The translations under genes and the position numbers were made by a program. This document shows positions 9,176 through 18,537 of a stretch of 64,000 nt of DNA, one piece after another; within the stretch, counting starts at the first letter, position 1, and every line of letters starts with the position of its first letter. A model generated the notes under the pieces. The model was not told the origin of the DNA and ran no database searches. It worked only from the letters and a program-made list of their open reading frames with translations. Source of the DNA: an uncultured delta proteobacterium (GTDB taxonomy: Bacteria; Myxococcota_A; Polyangia; Palsa-1104); the NCBI GenBank assembly GCA_963785725.1, contig CAWAWS010000022.1, positions 64,001-128,000 of the forward strand, in the 5' to 3' direction.

Positions 9176-11092
9176 GTCGCCCCCCGCTTGGCTTGCAGCT
9201 CGTTCAAGGCCGCCTCACACTGGCTCTCGAGCGCCGGCAGCCGCGCACCGACGCCATCGACGCTCGTCTGCAGCTGACCCGAGCCCGCCGCCGTCTTGCC
9301 GTCGAGCTCGCCGCCGAGGCTGTCCAACGAGCCGGTCAGGTTGGCGCGCGCGCCGGCGATGTTGCCGTCGAGCTTGGCGCTGCCCTGGGACGTCGCGGCC
9401 TCGACCTTGCCCAGCGCTTCGTTCGACCCGCTCGTCACCGTCGACTGCGCCTGCCCGACCTGCGGCGTCAGATCGGCCGTGGTGTCCTCCGTCGCGGCGT
9501 TGGCATCCTCTTTGACCTCGAGCCACACCATGCCGTCTTCGAGCTGCATGCGGCCATGGTCGGCGTGCTCGGTGCGGGCCAGCGCGAAGACCGCCTTCTC
9601 GTCGACATAGGCGTGGCTCAGCGACGTCTGGCTGGTGGCGTTCTTGCCGAAGAGCAGCTGGTTGCCCTGGCTCTCCGCCGGCAGCTGCACGTCCGGTCCC
9701 CAGTCGAGGAATTGCAGGATCTCCGCGCGATCGACGTAGAGCGCCAGCAGCACCCGCGAATTCTTGTAAGCCGGCGCGAAGAAGTGGCCGGGCAGGAACT
9801 GCGGCTGAAACGGCAGCAGCACGTCCTGATTCCACAAGGGCACGTGCACGACGTAATAGGAGAGCCCGCTGTCGGCGTCGGCGCTGGCGGCGAAGATGCG
9901 GTCGTGCTCGCCGCCGCCGTCGGCCACGATCTTGCCTTCGACGACGAGCGGGCCCGCCGCCGCGTGCGCGGGCAGCCGCGCGCGCCCGTCGTTCTCGCTC
10001 TCCCAGCGCGTCGTCATCGTGACGGCAAAGGCGCGCGACGCGCCGTCGTTGCTGTTGCCTTGCGCGCCTTCGACCGCGTCCGCGGCCAGCGACAACGACG
10101 AGACGCGGAAGGTCTTGCCGCTCGGCCACAGGCCGCTCGAATGTTGCGCGCTGTCGAGCCCGGCCTGCGCGCCCGGCATCAGCGCCACGTCGGGCAGCCG
10201 CGCCAGCGTAAGGTGCAGCTCGGGCTGCGCCGGCTGGATGCGCTGCGCCTCCAGCTGGCGGGCGGCGTCGACGTCGGCGCCGCTCGGCGTGCGCACGAGC
10301 CGGTCGCGCGTCAGCGCCGCCAGCGCCTCGGGCGGCGCGTCGACGGTGCTGGCGTGGGCCGCTTCCGTGTAGGCGTTGAGCACGCGCGCGCCATGCAGCG
10401 GCGACGCCGGCACATCGATCCGCAGCGTGCTGACGTCGAGCCGGCCGAGGCGCCGCCGCGTCGTCTTGCTGGCGCGCGCGGCCGCGAGGCCATAGCCGCC
10501 AGCGCCGTAGTCGTAAAAGAAGGTGCCGCCGGCGCGCGCCGCGTAGTCGAGCACGAAGTCGTAGAAGCTCGTGCGCTCGTCGGTGGCCACGCAGATCATG
10601 GGCCGCGTGCGCTCGACGTCGTCGAGCGTCATCTCGAGCTTCATGCCGTTGGGCAGATGGGCCGCAATCAGCTCCTTCATCTTGGCCTGCGCGCGCAGCT
10701 CGAGCGGAAAGTGCTGCCGCCACAAGAGCGCCGCCGGGTCGCGCAGCTCTACCGTGTACTCGCGGCGCAAGACGGGCGCGCCGTGCAGGTCGAGCTGCGC
10801 CTGCTCCACCAGCGAGCGCGACTCGACGAGCGCGTGGAGCTGCACGCGCGCCTCGCTGTTCGCGTCGCGCTCGATGGGGACGAGCGTCGAATCGGCCTCG
10901 ACCAAGGTGCGGCCGAGGAACCAGTCGAGCAGCGGGTCCTTCGCCGTCTCGTCACCATAGAAGGTGACGCTGGCGCTAAAGCCGTGCGGCAACAGCTCGA
11001 GGTGGCAGCGCTTGATGCGCCCGCCGGCGACGACCAGCTGCTTGTCGGCGCTCTGCAGCGTCAGAATCGATGCGGAGGGTCTCGACGAACAT
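9172..11092 (-). CDS. vgrG: VgrG-like T6SS spike protein, myxobacterial type; one extra base at ~11065 interrupts the 5' end
   Basis: ATG 11092 sits 1 nt after the STAS stop; removing one A at 11065 gives MFVETLRID-LTLQSADKQLVVAGGRIKRCHLELLPHGF in frame (639 aa); gp27/gp5-like layout (SFYDFV, VEGKIV, GHFFAPAYKNSRVL, QGNQLLFG) and a helical tail. Confidence 0.65.
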
Positions 11093-11093
11093 G

Positions 11094-11438
11094 TCAGCGG
11101 GCCGCGTCCGCTTGCGCCAACGCCTCTGCCCGCGAGCCGAACAGCGGCAACAGCGCGCTCACGCCGGCGATGTCGAGGACCTCTTTGATGTACGAAGGCA
11201 CGGCGCAGAGGCTCACCTGCCCGCCCAGGTCGTGCACCTCGGCGGCGGCGTTGACGATGACGCGCAGACCGGCGCTGTTGAGGTAGCCCACCGCCGACAG
11301 ATCGAGCACCACCTGGCGCGCGCCGGCGGTCTGCTCGTAGATGCTGCGTTCGGTGGCAGCGGCGGTGGCGGCGTCGATCTTGCCCTTGAGCTCGACGACG
11401 ACGATGCCGACGATCCGGCGTTCGATGGTCTTGGCCAT
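11094..11438 (-). CDS. STAS-domain anti-sigma-factor antagonist (114 aa)
   Basis: VVELKGKIDAATA, VVLDLSAVGYLNSAGLRV, KEVLDIAG motifs; phosphorylatable Ser in NSAG. Confidence 0.9.
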   Translation of the reverse strand: MAKTIERRIVGIVVVELKGKIDAATAAATERSIYEQTAGARQVVLDLSAVGYLNSAGLRVIVNAAAEVHDLGGQVSLCAVPSYIKEVLDIAGVSALLPLFGSRAEALAQADAAR

Positions 11439-11499
11439 GCGGGACCTCTGCCTGCTAGACCGCGCGCCGCCCGGCCGCCGTAAAGAGGAAAAAATGTTC

Positions 11500-11525
11500 G
11501 CTCACATCGCCAGGTGACCGGCGTC
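11500..11525 (+). promoter_or_regulatory. Possible ECF-type promoter (GCTCACA-N15-CGTC) upstream of an ECF gene
   Basis: Resembles the ECF41-type consensus TGTCACA-N16-CGTC but is imperfect; lies in the divergent intergenic region before a GGAGG RBS. Confidence 0.25.
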
Positions 11526-11547
11526 AACCGCGCAGGAGGGTTGATTC

Positions 11548-12078
11548 ATGGCGATGTACGGTCAGGCCGCCGCGAGCCGCGCGGCGCAGATGATGGGAAC
11601 CGACGAGGTGGCGGGCGCTTATCAGCAGTACAGCCGCCAAATCCTACGGCGCTGCCGCCGCATCCTGCGTCAAGATCAGGCGGCCGAGGACGCCACGCAA
11701 GAGGTGTTCCTGAAGCTGTGGCGCTACGGCAGGAGCTACCGCGAGGCCGACTGCAAGCTGGGCTGGCTCTATCGCGTGGCCGATCGCTGCTGCTTCACCG
11801 AGCTGCGCCGGCGGCAGGCGCGGCCGACGCAGCTCATGGGCGACGAGCCGGAGGCGGCGACCCACGGCCTGTCGGAAGATCGCCAGCTGGCGCTGCGTTT
11901 TCTCGAGCGCTTCGAGGATCGCGTGCAGCGGGTGGCCATCCTGCACTTCGTCGAGGGCATGACGCAGGACGAGATCGCCGACGCCACCGGCTGGTCGCGG
12001 CAGACGATCCACAAGAAGCTGTCGTTGGTGCGCGAGCGCGCGGCGGCGCTGCAGTGCTCGCTCTTCGGTCGCAGCTAG
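11548..12078 (+). CDS. ECF RNA polymerase sigma-70 factor
   Basis: Region 2 (AAEDATQEVFLKLW, GWLYRVA) and region 4 (EGMTQDEIA); GGAGG RBS. Confidence 0.9.
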   Translation: MAMYGQAAASRAAQMMGTDEVAGAYQQYSRQILRRCRRILRQDQAAEDATQEVFLKLWRYGRSYREADCKLGWLYRVADRCCFTELRRRQARPTQLMGDEPEAATHGLSEDRQLALRFLERFEDRVQRVAILHFVEGMTQDEIADATGWSRQTIHKKLSLVRERAAALQCSLFGRS

Positions 12079-12106
12079 CGGTCGTTGGGGCGCAGCCGAG
12101 CGGCGG

Positions 12107-12724
12107 CTATTCGCGCTCGAGCAGCCCTTCGGACGCGGCCTGCTCGCGCAGCCGCTCCTTGATCGACTGGAAGCGCTTGCGCAGCCGCGCCGCCTCCCGC
12201 TTGCGCAGCTCGTCGTCGAGCGACTCGCCGTCGTGCATGACGGCGACGATGTCGTTCCAGTCGAGGTCGCGATCGACGCGCAAGATGAGCAGCGCCCGAT
12301 CTTCGACCGGCAGGCTGTCGCGCAGCTGCCGGATGCGCGACTTGGTCTGCGAGCGCAGGTAGTCGATGGTGGCGGTGCGTACGCGCTGCTCGACGGCCGC
12401 CAGCACTTGGCTGTCGTGCACCTGCCGCTTCTGCCGTCGGGACTGCGCGCGCAGAAAGCCGAAGGTCTCGTTGCGCGCCAACCGATAGAGCCAGGTGCGC
12501 AGCGACGCGCGCCGCTCGAAGCCTGGCAGCCCGCGCCAGACGCGCAGACAGAAGCTGGAGAAGATCTCGGCGCCGCTCGCCTCATCGCCGGCGAGCGAGA
12601 GGATGAGACCGAGGATCTCGGGGCCGTAGCCCTCGATCGTCATCGTGACCGCGCGATCGAGCTCACCGGCGTCGCAGGCGGAGGTGACCTCGGCCTCCAG
12701 CACGGCTCGCTCGCTCGCGTCCAC
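12107..12724 (-). CDS. ECF sigma-70 factor with a non-canonical DAED motif (start uncertain, 12724 or 12760)
   Basis: YGPEILG, VWRGLPGFERRASLRTWLYRLARN, LLILRVDRDLDWNDI. Confidence 0.85.
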   Translation of the reverse strand: MDASERAVLEAEVTSACDAGELDRAVTMTIEGYGPEILGLILSLAGDEASGAEIFSSFCLRVWRGLPGFERRASLRTWLYRLARNETFGFLRAQSRRQKRQVHDSQVLAAVEQRVRTATIDYLRSQTKSRIRQLRDSLPVEDRALLILRVDRDLDWNDIVAVMHDGESLDDELRKREAARLRKRFQSIKERLREQAASEGLLERE

Positions 12725-12785
12725 GGCCCCGAGCTTAGCGCCAAGCGCGGACGCCGACAACGCTCCCGGCGCCGCCGTCGACGAC

Positions 12786-12977
12786 GCTCAATGGCCGATC
12801 GTCATTCCCGATAGGCCGCGACTTTCGAGCGAGCGAAGCTCGCGTCGGCGCGGAGTCGCGCCGAGACCAAGGAGAGGACCCGAATGGGCTTTGCCCATTC
12901 GGGGAGGGCGGCACAGGCTAAATCAGGGCGCGATGCTCGAGCGCGAAGCGATCGAGCATCGCGCGCCCGGATTTAGC
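12786..12977 (-). repeat. ~192-bp hairpin-rich intergenic repeat (REP/MITE-like), copy 1
   Basis: Reverse complement aligns to 20167-20372; stems CCCGAATGGGC-N3-GCCCATTCGGG and CGCGATGCTCGA-N11-TCGAGCATCGCG. Confidence 0.9.
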
Positions 12978-15900
12978 GACCGGGCGGCGCCGACCAGGGC
13001 CCGCCGCTCGCGGCCAAGCAATCGTTGTTGTCGAGGTGCGCGCGCGTCATGCGCTCGAGCCACTCGCGCAGCCGGCCGCTGTCGCTGGGCGGCACCGCAT
13101 GGCGCTGCACGCGACCGTCGGCAAAGAGCGTCAACAGCTGATCATCACCCGCCGCCAGCGCCACGACGTCGGACTTGCCGCTCGACAGCGCCCAGTGCTC
13201 GCCCGTCGGCACGTACAAGAGCTCGAGCGCGCCCGCGGGGCCGGCGATGGCCAAGAGGTCGCGATCGACGAAGCCGAGGCCGGTCACGCGCTGCTCGAGC
13301 TCGACGCTGCGGGTTGGCGCGCCGGCGCCGTCGAAGATGAGGAGCATGCGGCTCTGCTCGGCGGCGGCGGCGATGACGTTGCCGTCGGGCGCGAGCGCCA
13401 GGCTGCCGCCGCCGGCGAGCACGCCGAGCGTGCGCGGCGGCGTGGCGCGGTCGAGGGCCACCGTCTGCACCAGCCCGTCGCGCGTGACGACCGCCAGCTG
13501 CCTGCCGTCGGCGGACAGGGCGACGCGCACCGCCGCCTCGCTGGTGATGGCGCGGCTCGAATCCGTCCGCCAACGCGTGCAGCGCGACGCCGTCGCTGGC
13601 GGCCGAGGCGGCGTGATCGCCGGCGACGGCCACGGCGGTGACCGGGCCCAGGTGGCGACCGAGCGTGCGACCCGCGCCGCCGACGAGGACGACGCTGCCG
13701 TCGCCGAGGCCGGCCACGACCGCGCGGCCGTCGGGCACGAGCGCCAGGCGGGCGTCGGCCGGCAGCGACAAGGGCGGCTGGCCCGGCTCGGCGATGGACC
13801 ACAAGCGCACCGTGTCGTCGACGGCCGCCGAGAGCAGCCACTGGCCATCGGCGGAGAGCTGCAGCGACGTCACGTCGAGCTCGTGGCCACGGAGCTTGCG
13901 CAGCTCGGCCGTCGGTCAATCCCACAGCCGCACCAAGGAGCCGCGGGTGGCGACGAGCGAGCGCCCATCGCGCGAGAAGCCGGTGTCGCGGCAGGCCTCA
14001 CCGGCGTGCGAATAGTCGACCGCTTTGCCCGACGAGAGCCGCACGACGCCGGTGCTGCCGTCGGCGGCGCAGATGGCGAGCTCGTCGTCATCGGGCGCGA
14101 AGGCCAACGCCAGCGCCGGCCGCGCGCCGATGACGCGCGCCGCGCCGCCGTCGAGCGGCTGCAGCTTCACGCCCGCCTCGCCGGCCGCCGCCAGCGCCGT
14201 GCCGCGATGGTTGACGACGATCGGCCCGTCGCCGCGCAGCGGCCAGCGCCGGCTGCGCGCGCCGTCGGCCAGGATGACGCCTTCGCCGTCGCGCACGAGG
14301 AGGCAATCGTTGGCGCCGCCGCTGAAGACGAGGTGGCTGACCGGGCCGCGCGTCTCCACCGATGACAGCGCGTGGCCGTCGCGATCCCAGATGCGCACGC
14401 CGCCCGCGCCGGCGAAGGCGAAGCGCGTGCCGTCGGCGGACACGGCCAGCGCGGTCACGTCGCCGAGCGCGCCTTCGAGCGGCAGCGCGCGTCGGGCGGC
14501 GACGTCGTACAGCCGCGCGCCGCCGGCGCCGCCGACCGCCAGCCGCGCGCCGTCGGGCGCGAAGGCCAGCGCGTGCGCCACGCCGAGCTGCCCCGCGAGC
14601 TCGACGGCGCTGCCGTCGCGGCCGAAGAGGCGCACGCGCCCGGCGGCGTCGGCGCTGGCCAAGAGGCTCGCGTCGGGCGCGAAGGCGGCGACGCGACCGG
14701 GGAAGATCGCCGTGGCCTCGTGGCGCGCCACCGCCCGCGCCGCCAGCACGCGCGCGTCGCGCCACAGCTGCGCCTCCGCCCGCAGCCGCTTCAAGAGCGC
14801 CAGCGTCAGCGTCGGATCGCGGTCGATGGCCGCCCGCGCGTCGGCCAGGAGCAGCTGGTCGACGCGCTCGATCTCGCGCTTGCGCGCCGCCTCGGCCGCC
14901 GCCTTCTCGACGAGCGCGAGGTTCCGCTCCGCTTGCGCGTGGTCGCGCTCGCGCACGACGCCGCGGACGCCGGCCACGCCGGTGACGACGAACAGCCCGA
15001 AGCCGGCCAGCGCCACCGCCACCGGCAAGCGATAGCGCCGCAAGAAGCGCCGCACCCGTTGCCCGCGCGAGTAACGATGGGCGTTGACGAGCTGCCCGGT
15101 GGTAAAGCGGTTGAGATCGGCCGCCAGCTCCTTGGCGTCGGCGTAACGATCCGCCGGCTGGCGCGCCATCGCCTTGGCGACGATGGCCAAGAGGTCGACC
15201 GGCACGCCCGGCTGCCGCTCGGCCAACGGCGGCGGCGGCCCGGCGAGCGTCGCGCGCACGACGTCGGGCCCGTCGACGCCGTCATAGGGCGGCCGGCCGG
15301 CCAAGAGCGTGTAGATCATCGAGCCGATGGCGTAGACGTCGCTGCGCTCGTTGGCCGGCAGCCCGGCGGCCTGCTCGTAGGCCATGAAGCCGGGCGTGCC
15401 CACAATCGAGCCGGCCACGGTCACCTGCAGCGACGGATCGAGCTGCCGCGGCGGCACCGTCTGCAGCGGCTCGACCGCGGGCTGATCGAGGTCGAGGTGC
15501 TTGGCCAGGCCCCAATCGATGACCACCGTCTCGCCGAACTCGCCGACGAGCACGTTGTCGGGCTTGAGATCGCGATGAATGATGCGCTGCGAGTGCGCGT
15601 AGGCGATCGCCTCCGCCACCGTGATGACGACGCGCAGCAGCGCCAGCCGCTGGTCGAGCGCCGGCGTCTCGTCGATGACGATGGAAAACGGGCGGCCCGC
15701 CACCAGCTTCATGGCGTAGAACGGCTCGCCGCCGGGCCAGCGCCCGGCCTCGAACACGGGGACGATCGCCGGATGCTGCAGGCGCGCCGTGATCAGCGCT
15801 TCGCGGACGAAGCGATCCTGCGCGTGCGCCTCGGTGTTGAAGAGCTCCTTGATGGCGACGCGCCGATGCAGCCGCTTGTCGCGCGCCACCAGCACGCGTC

Positions 15901-16159
15901 CCATGCCGCCGCGCCCGTATTCGGCGACGATGGTGTAGCTGTCGCGCGAGACGAGCGGCAAGGAGTCGCCCTCGATCGCCTCGCCCGGTGCCGCCGGCGG
16001 CGGCGACTGAATCGTGGGCTGCCCGAACGCGGCGTGGTGACCGAGCGGCAGCGCCGAGACGTGGGCGACGCGGCGCAAAAAGCCGTCGACGCTGTCACTG
16101 CCGCCGTCGTCGGCGTCGTCGGCTTCGGTGCGCGCCGGAGCTCGGTCGTCCTCGGCCAT
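12973..16159 (-). CDS. Ser/Thr protein kinase with TM segment and WD40 beta-propeller; interrupted by an in-frame TGA (13916-13918) and a +1 frameshift (~13561)
   Basis: GRGGMG, VAIKE, HRDLKPDN, DWG, GTPGFMAYEQ; WD repeats continue past the stop (RLWD*PTAELRKLRGHELDV) and past the shift (LADG/SSRAIT); about 1061 aa when repaired. Confidence 0.85.
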
Positions 16160-16266
16160 CGGCGCGAGTATAGCCCGCCCATCGCCGGCCGAGCGACGGC
16201 TAAGACCGGCCGCCGCCGACCATTGGACGATGGCCTTCAGTCGCCGGAAAGATCGACTGTTTGCGG

Positions 16267-16857
16267 TTACTTCTTGAAGGTCCCGCCACTCTCGACGCGC
16301 TTCTTGAGGGCGCGCAAGAGGTCAGGGATGGCGCGCCGCTGCATGAACGATTGAATCGACTGCGGCACCTTGAGCCCGCTGTCGACGAAGGTGCGGTAGA
16401 CGAGCAGCGTCCGTCCCGGCGCGAGCTCGCTCAGGCGATAGTCGCCTTCGACGTCGGCGACCGTGTTGTCGCGCGCGTCGCGGTCGAGCGTCCACGAGAT
16501 GGTGTGCGTGAGCGCGTCCAAGCGGTACCAGGCGGTATAGCGCGCCGTGGTGACCGTGGCGTCGATCTCCTGGCGAACGCGCAGCCGCTCCGGTTGTCGC
16601 TCGAGGATCTGCACCGACTTGATGCGCGGGACGTAGTCGGCGCGGTCTTCGAAGCGCACGAGCGTGGCCCACACGTCGGCGATGGGTCGCTCGACGATGA
16701 TGGCGCCGAGGCCGCGACCGGCCGACTTGCCGGTGGCGGTGGTGAACGACTCCGAGCGGGTCACGACCTTGCCGGCGCCGACGTCACGCAGCTCGGCGTC
16801 GCTGAGGCCGACGAGCGCGACGGCGACGGTGGCGGCGATGCATAAGCCGGGCGACAT
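16267..16857 (-). CDS. SRPBCC/START-domain (polyketide cyclase/dehydrase-like) protein, probably exported
   Basis: IVERPIADVWATLVRFEDRADYVPRI, VEGDYRL; hydrophobic N-terminus. Confidence 0.8.
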   Translation of the reverse strand: MSPGLCIAATVAVALVGLSDAELRDVGAGKVVTRSESFTTATGKSAGRGLGAIIVERPIADVWATLVRFEDRADYVPRIKSVQILERQPERLRVRQEIDATVTTARYTAWYRLDALTHTISWTLDRDARDNTVADVEGDYRLSELAPGRTLLVYRTFVDSGLKVPQSIQSFMQRRAIPDLLRALKKRVESGGTFKK

Positions 16858-17163
16858 CGCAGGACTATGGCACAGCGGACGAGGCGCCGCTCCTGCGCTC
16901 GATCCGTTTGTCGTCGAGCGCATCGAGTGTTCCCCGGATGACGACGCCGCGAGCACCGCGGCGACGGGCGCAGAACAGTCGTCGGCGTTCACCGCGAGAC
17001 GGGCGCGAGCGGTTGCGATCGCGCGTCGAGCGGCATCGACGCTCCGCGCGTTCCGCTCGCCCGCCCGTCGATGCGCGCTGATGTCGGGCTAAGCGCGCAG
17101 ATGCCGTCAGGATGTCGACGTCGCGGTTGCAGCGAGCGGCGGCGTGACTACTCCGGCTAGCAA

Positions 17164-18537
17164 GTGCGCCCTCCCTTGCTATCGCTCGTGCTGGTGTCGC
17201 TCCTCGCGTCGAACGGAGCGGCCAGCGCCGATTCTCCTCCTGCCGATGCGCGCGCGCCCGCGCCCAATCCGGCCGCGGGCGAGCCCTACGACGGCCGCGG
17301 GCCCGAGCCGTCGGCCGGCGCCGGGCTCTTGTGGGTGCCGCGGATCGTGCTCTTTCCGTTCCGCTTGCTCTTTTGGGCCATCGAGCCGCCCACCCGCGCC
17401 GGCGTGGAGTTCGAGCAGCGGCATCACCTCTACGAGCACCTCTACGCGGCCTTCACCTCCGACGACGGGCAGGTCGGCGTGCGGCCGACGTTCGTGTGGA
17501 TGAACTCGTTTCGCCCGAGCTTCGGCATCCACGTCTACGACGGGAAGCTGCTCGGCCCGGGGACCAAGTCGGTGCTCGACGTGTCCGGCGGCATCGACGT
17601 CGTCGACGCGGCGATCCATCTGCGCCCGACGCACCTCGGTCGCCGCGTGCACGTCTTCTTCGACAGCATCTTCGATCGCCGCAACGACTTCTTGTTCGCC
17701 GGCATCGACTCGCACGCGCCGCTGCCGGCAGGCGCGGCGACGCGCTATCAGCAGACCCGGCTCGACGAGGGTGCGCGGCTCGACCTCCGGCCGACGTCGT
17801 ATCTCGCCTTCACGTTCGGCGGCTACTTCGGCCTGCGCCGCTTCGCCAACGGCGAGACCTACGACGGCAACGCGCCCATCGACCAAATCTACTGCGTGCG
17901 CGCCGCGGACGGCCGCTGCGTCCCCGGCACCGTCGACGAGCGACAAGTCCCCGGCTTCAACCAGGGCACGCAGTTCCTGCGCGCCGCCGCCGGCGTCCAC
18001 CTCGACCTGCGCGACGATCGCGTCCGGCCGACGCTGGGCGCCCTCGTCGACGCCGAGGCCGACTATTCGCACGGCCTCGGCGACAGCGACGACTCGAGCT
18101 ACTTCCGCATCCGCGGCGCGGCGTCGGTCGCCCTCAACTTGTGGCAGCACAGCCATCTGTTGATCCTGCGCGGCGCGACCGAGCTGGTCCTGCCCGTCGA
18201 AAACGCCGCCGTCCCCTTCTCGGAGCTGACGACGCTGGGCGGTCCCGAAGATCTGCGCGGCTTTCGCTGGCAGGAGTTCCGCGGCTTCTCCTCCTTGATC
18301 GCCACCGCCGAGTACCGCTGGCCGCTCCTGCCTTGGGTCGACGGCGCCGTCTTCTTCGACTACGGCGGCGTGTACGGCAAGCGCTACGACGGCTTCGGCG
18401 CCGGCCAAATGCAGCCCGACGTGGGCTTCGCGCTGCGCCTGCGCGCGCGCGATCGCTTCTACGTCAAAGTGCAGCTCGCCCGCGGCTTCGACGGCGGCGG
18501 CTGGCGGATCTACCTGACGGGACAAAACCTGCCATGA
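17164..18537 (+). CDS. Omp85/BamA-TamA family outer-membrane beta-barrel without obvious POTRA domains
   Basis: Signal peptide; LGGPEDLRGF lid motif, ATAEYRWPL, AVFFDYGGV, GFALRL. Confidence 0.8.
   Translation: MRPPLLSLVLVSLLASNGAASADSPPADARAPAPNPAAGEPYDGRGPEPSAGAGLLWVPRIVLFPFRLLFWAIEPPTRAGVEFEQRHHLYEHLYAAFTSDDGQVGVRPTFVWMNSFRPSFGIHVYDGKLLGPGTKSVLDVSGGIDVVDAAIHLRPTHLGRRVHVFFDSIFDRRNDFLFAGIDSHAPLPAGAATRYQQTRLDEGARLDLRPTSYLAFTFGGYFGLRRFANGETYDGNAPIDQIYCVRAADGRCVPGTVDERQVPGFNQGTQFLRAAAGVHLDLRDDRVRPTLGALVDAEADYSHGLGDSDDSSYFRIRGAASVALNLWQHSHLLILRGATELVLPVENAAVPFSELTTLGGPEDLRGFRWQEFRGFSSLIATAEYRWPLLPWVDGAVFFDYGGVYGKRYDGFGAGQMQPDVGFALRLRARDRFYVKVQLARGFDGGGWRIYLTGQNLP

Noticed and set aside
13916..13918. 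Selenocysteine or programmed readthrough at the in-frame TGA
   Set aside because: Non-catalytic WD40 position, a second lesion in the same gene, and a single CGA-to-TGA change explains it
17331..18533. N-terminal extension making a 946-aa protein
   Set aside because: Off-frame overlap of the Omp85 gene; the ATG at 18534 with a lipobox and ATGA coupling is the better start
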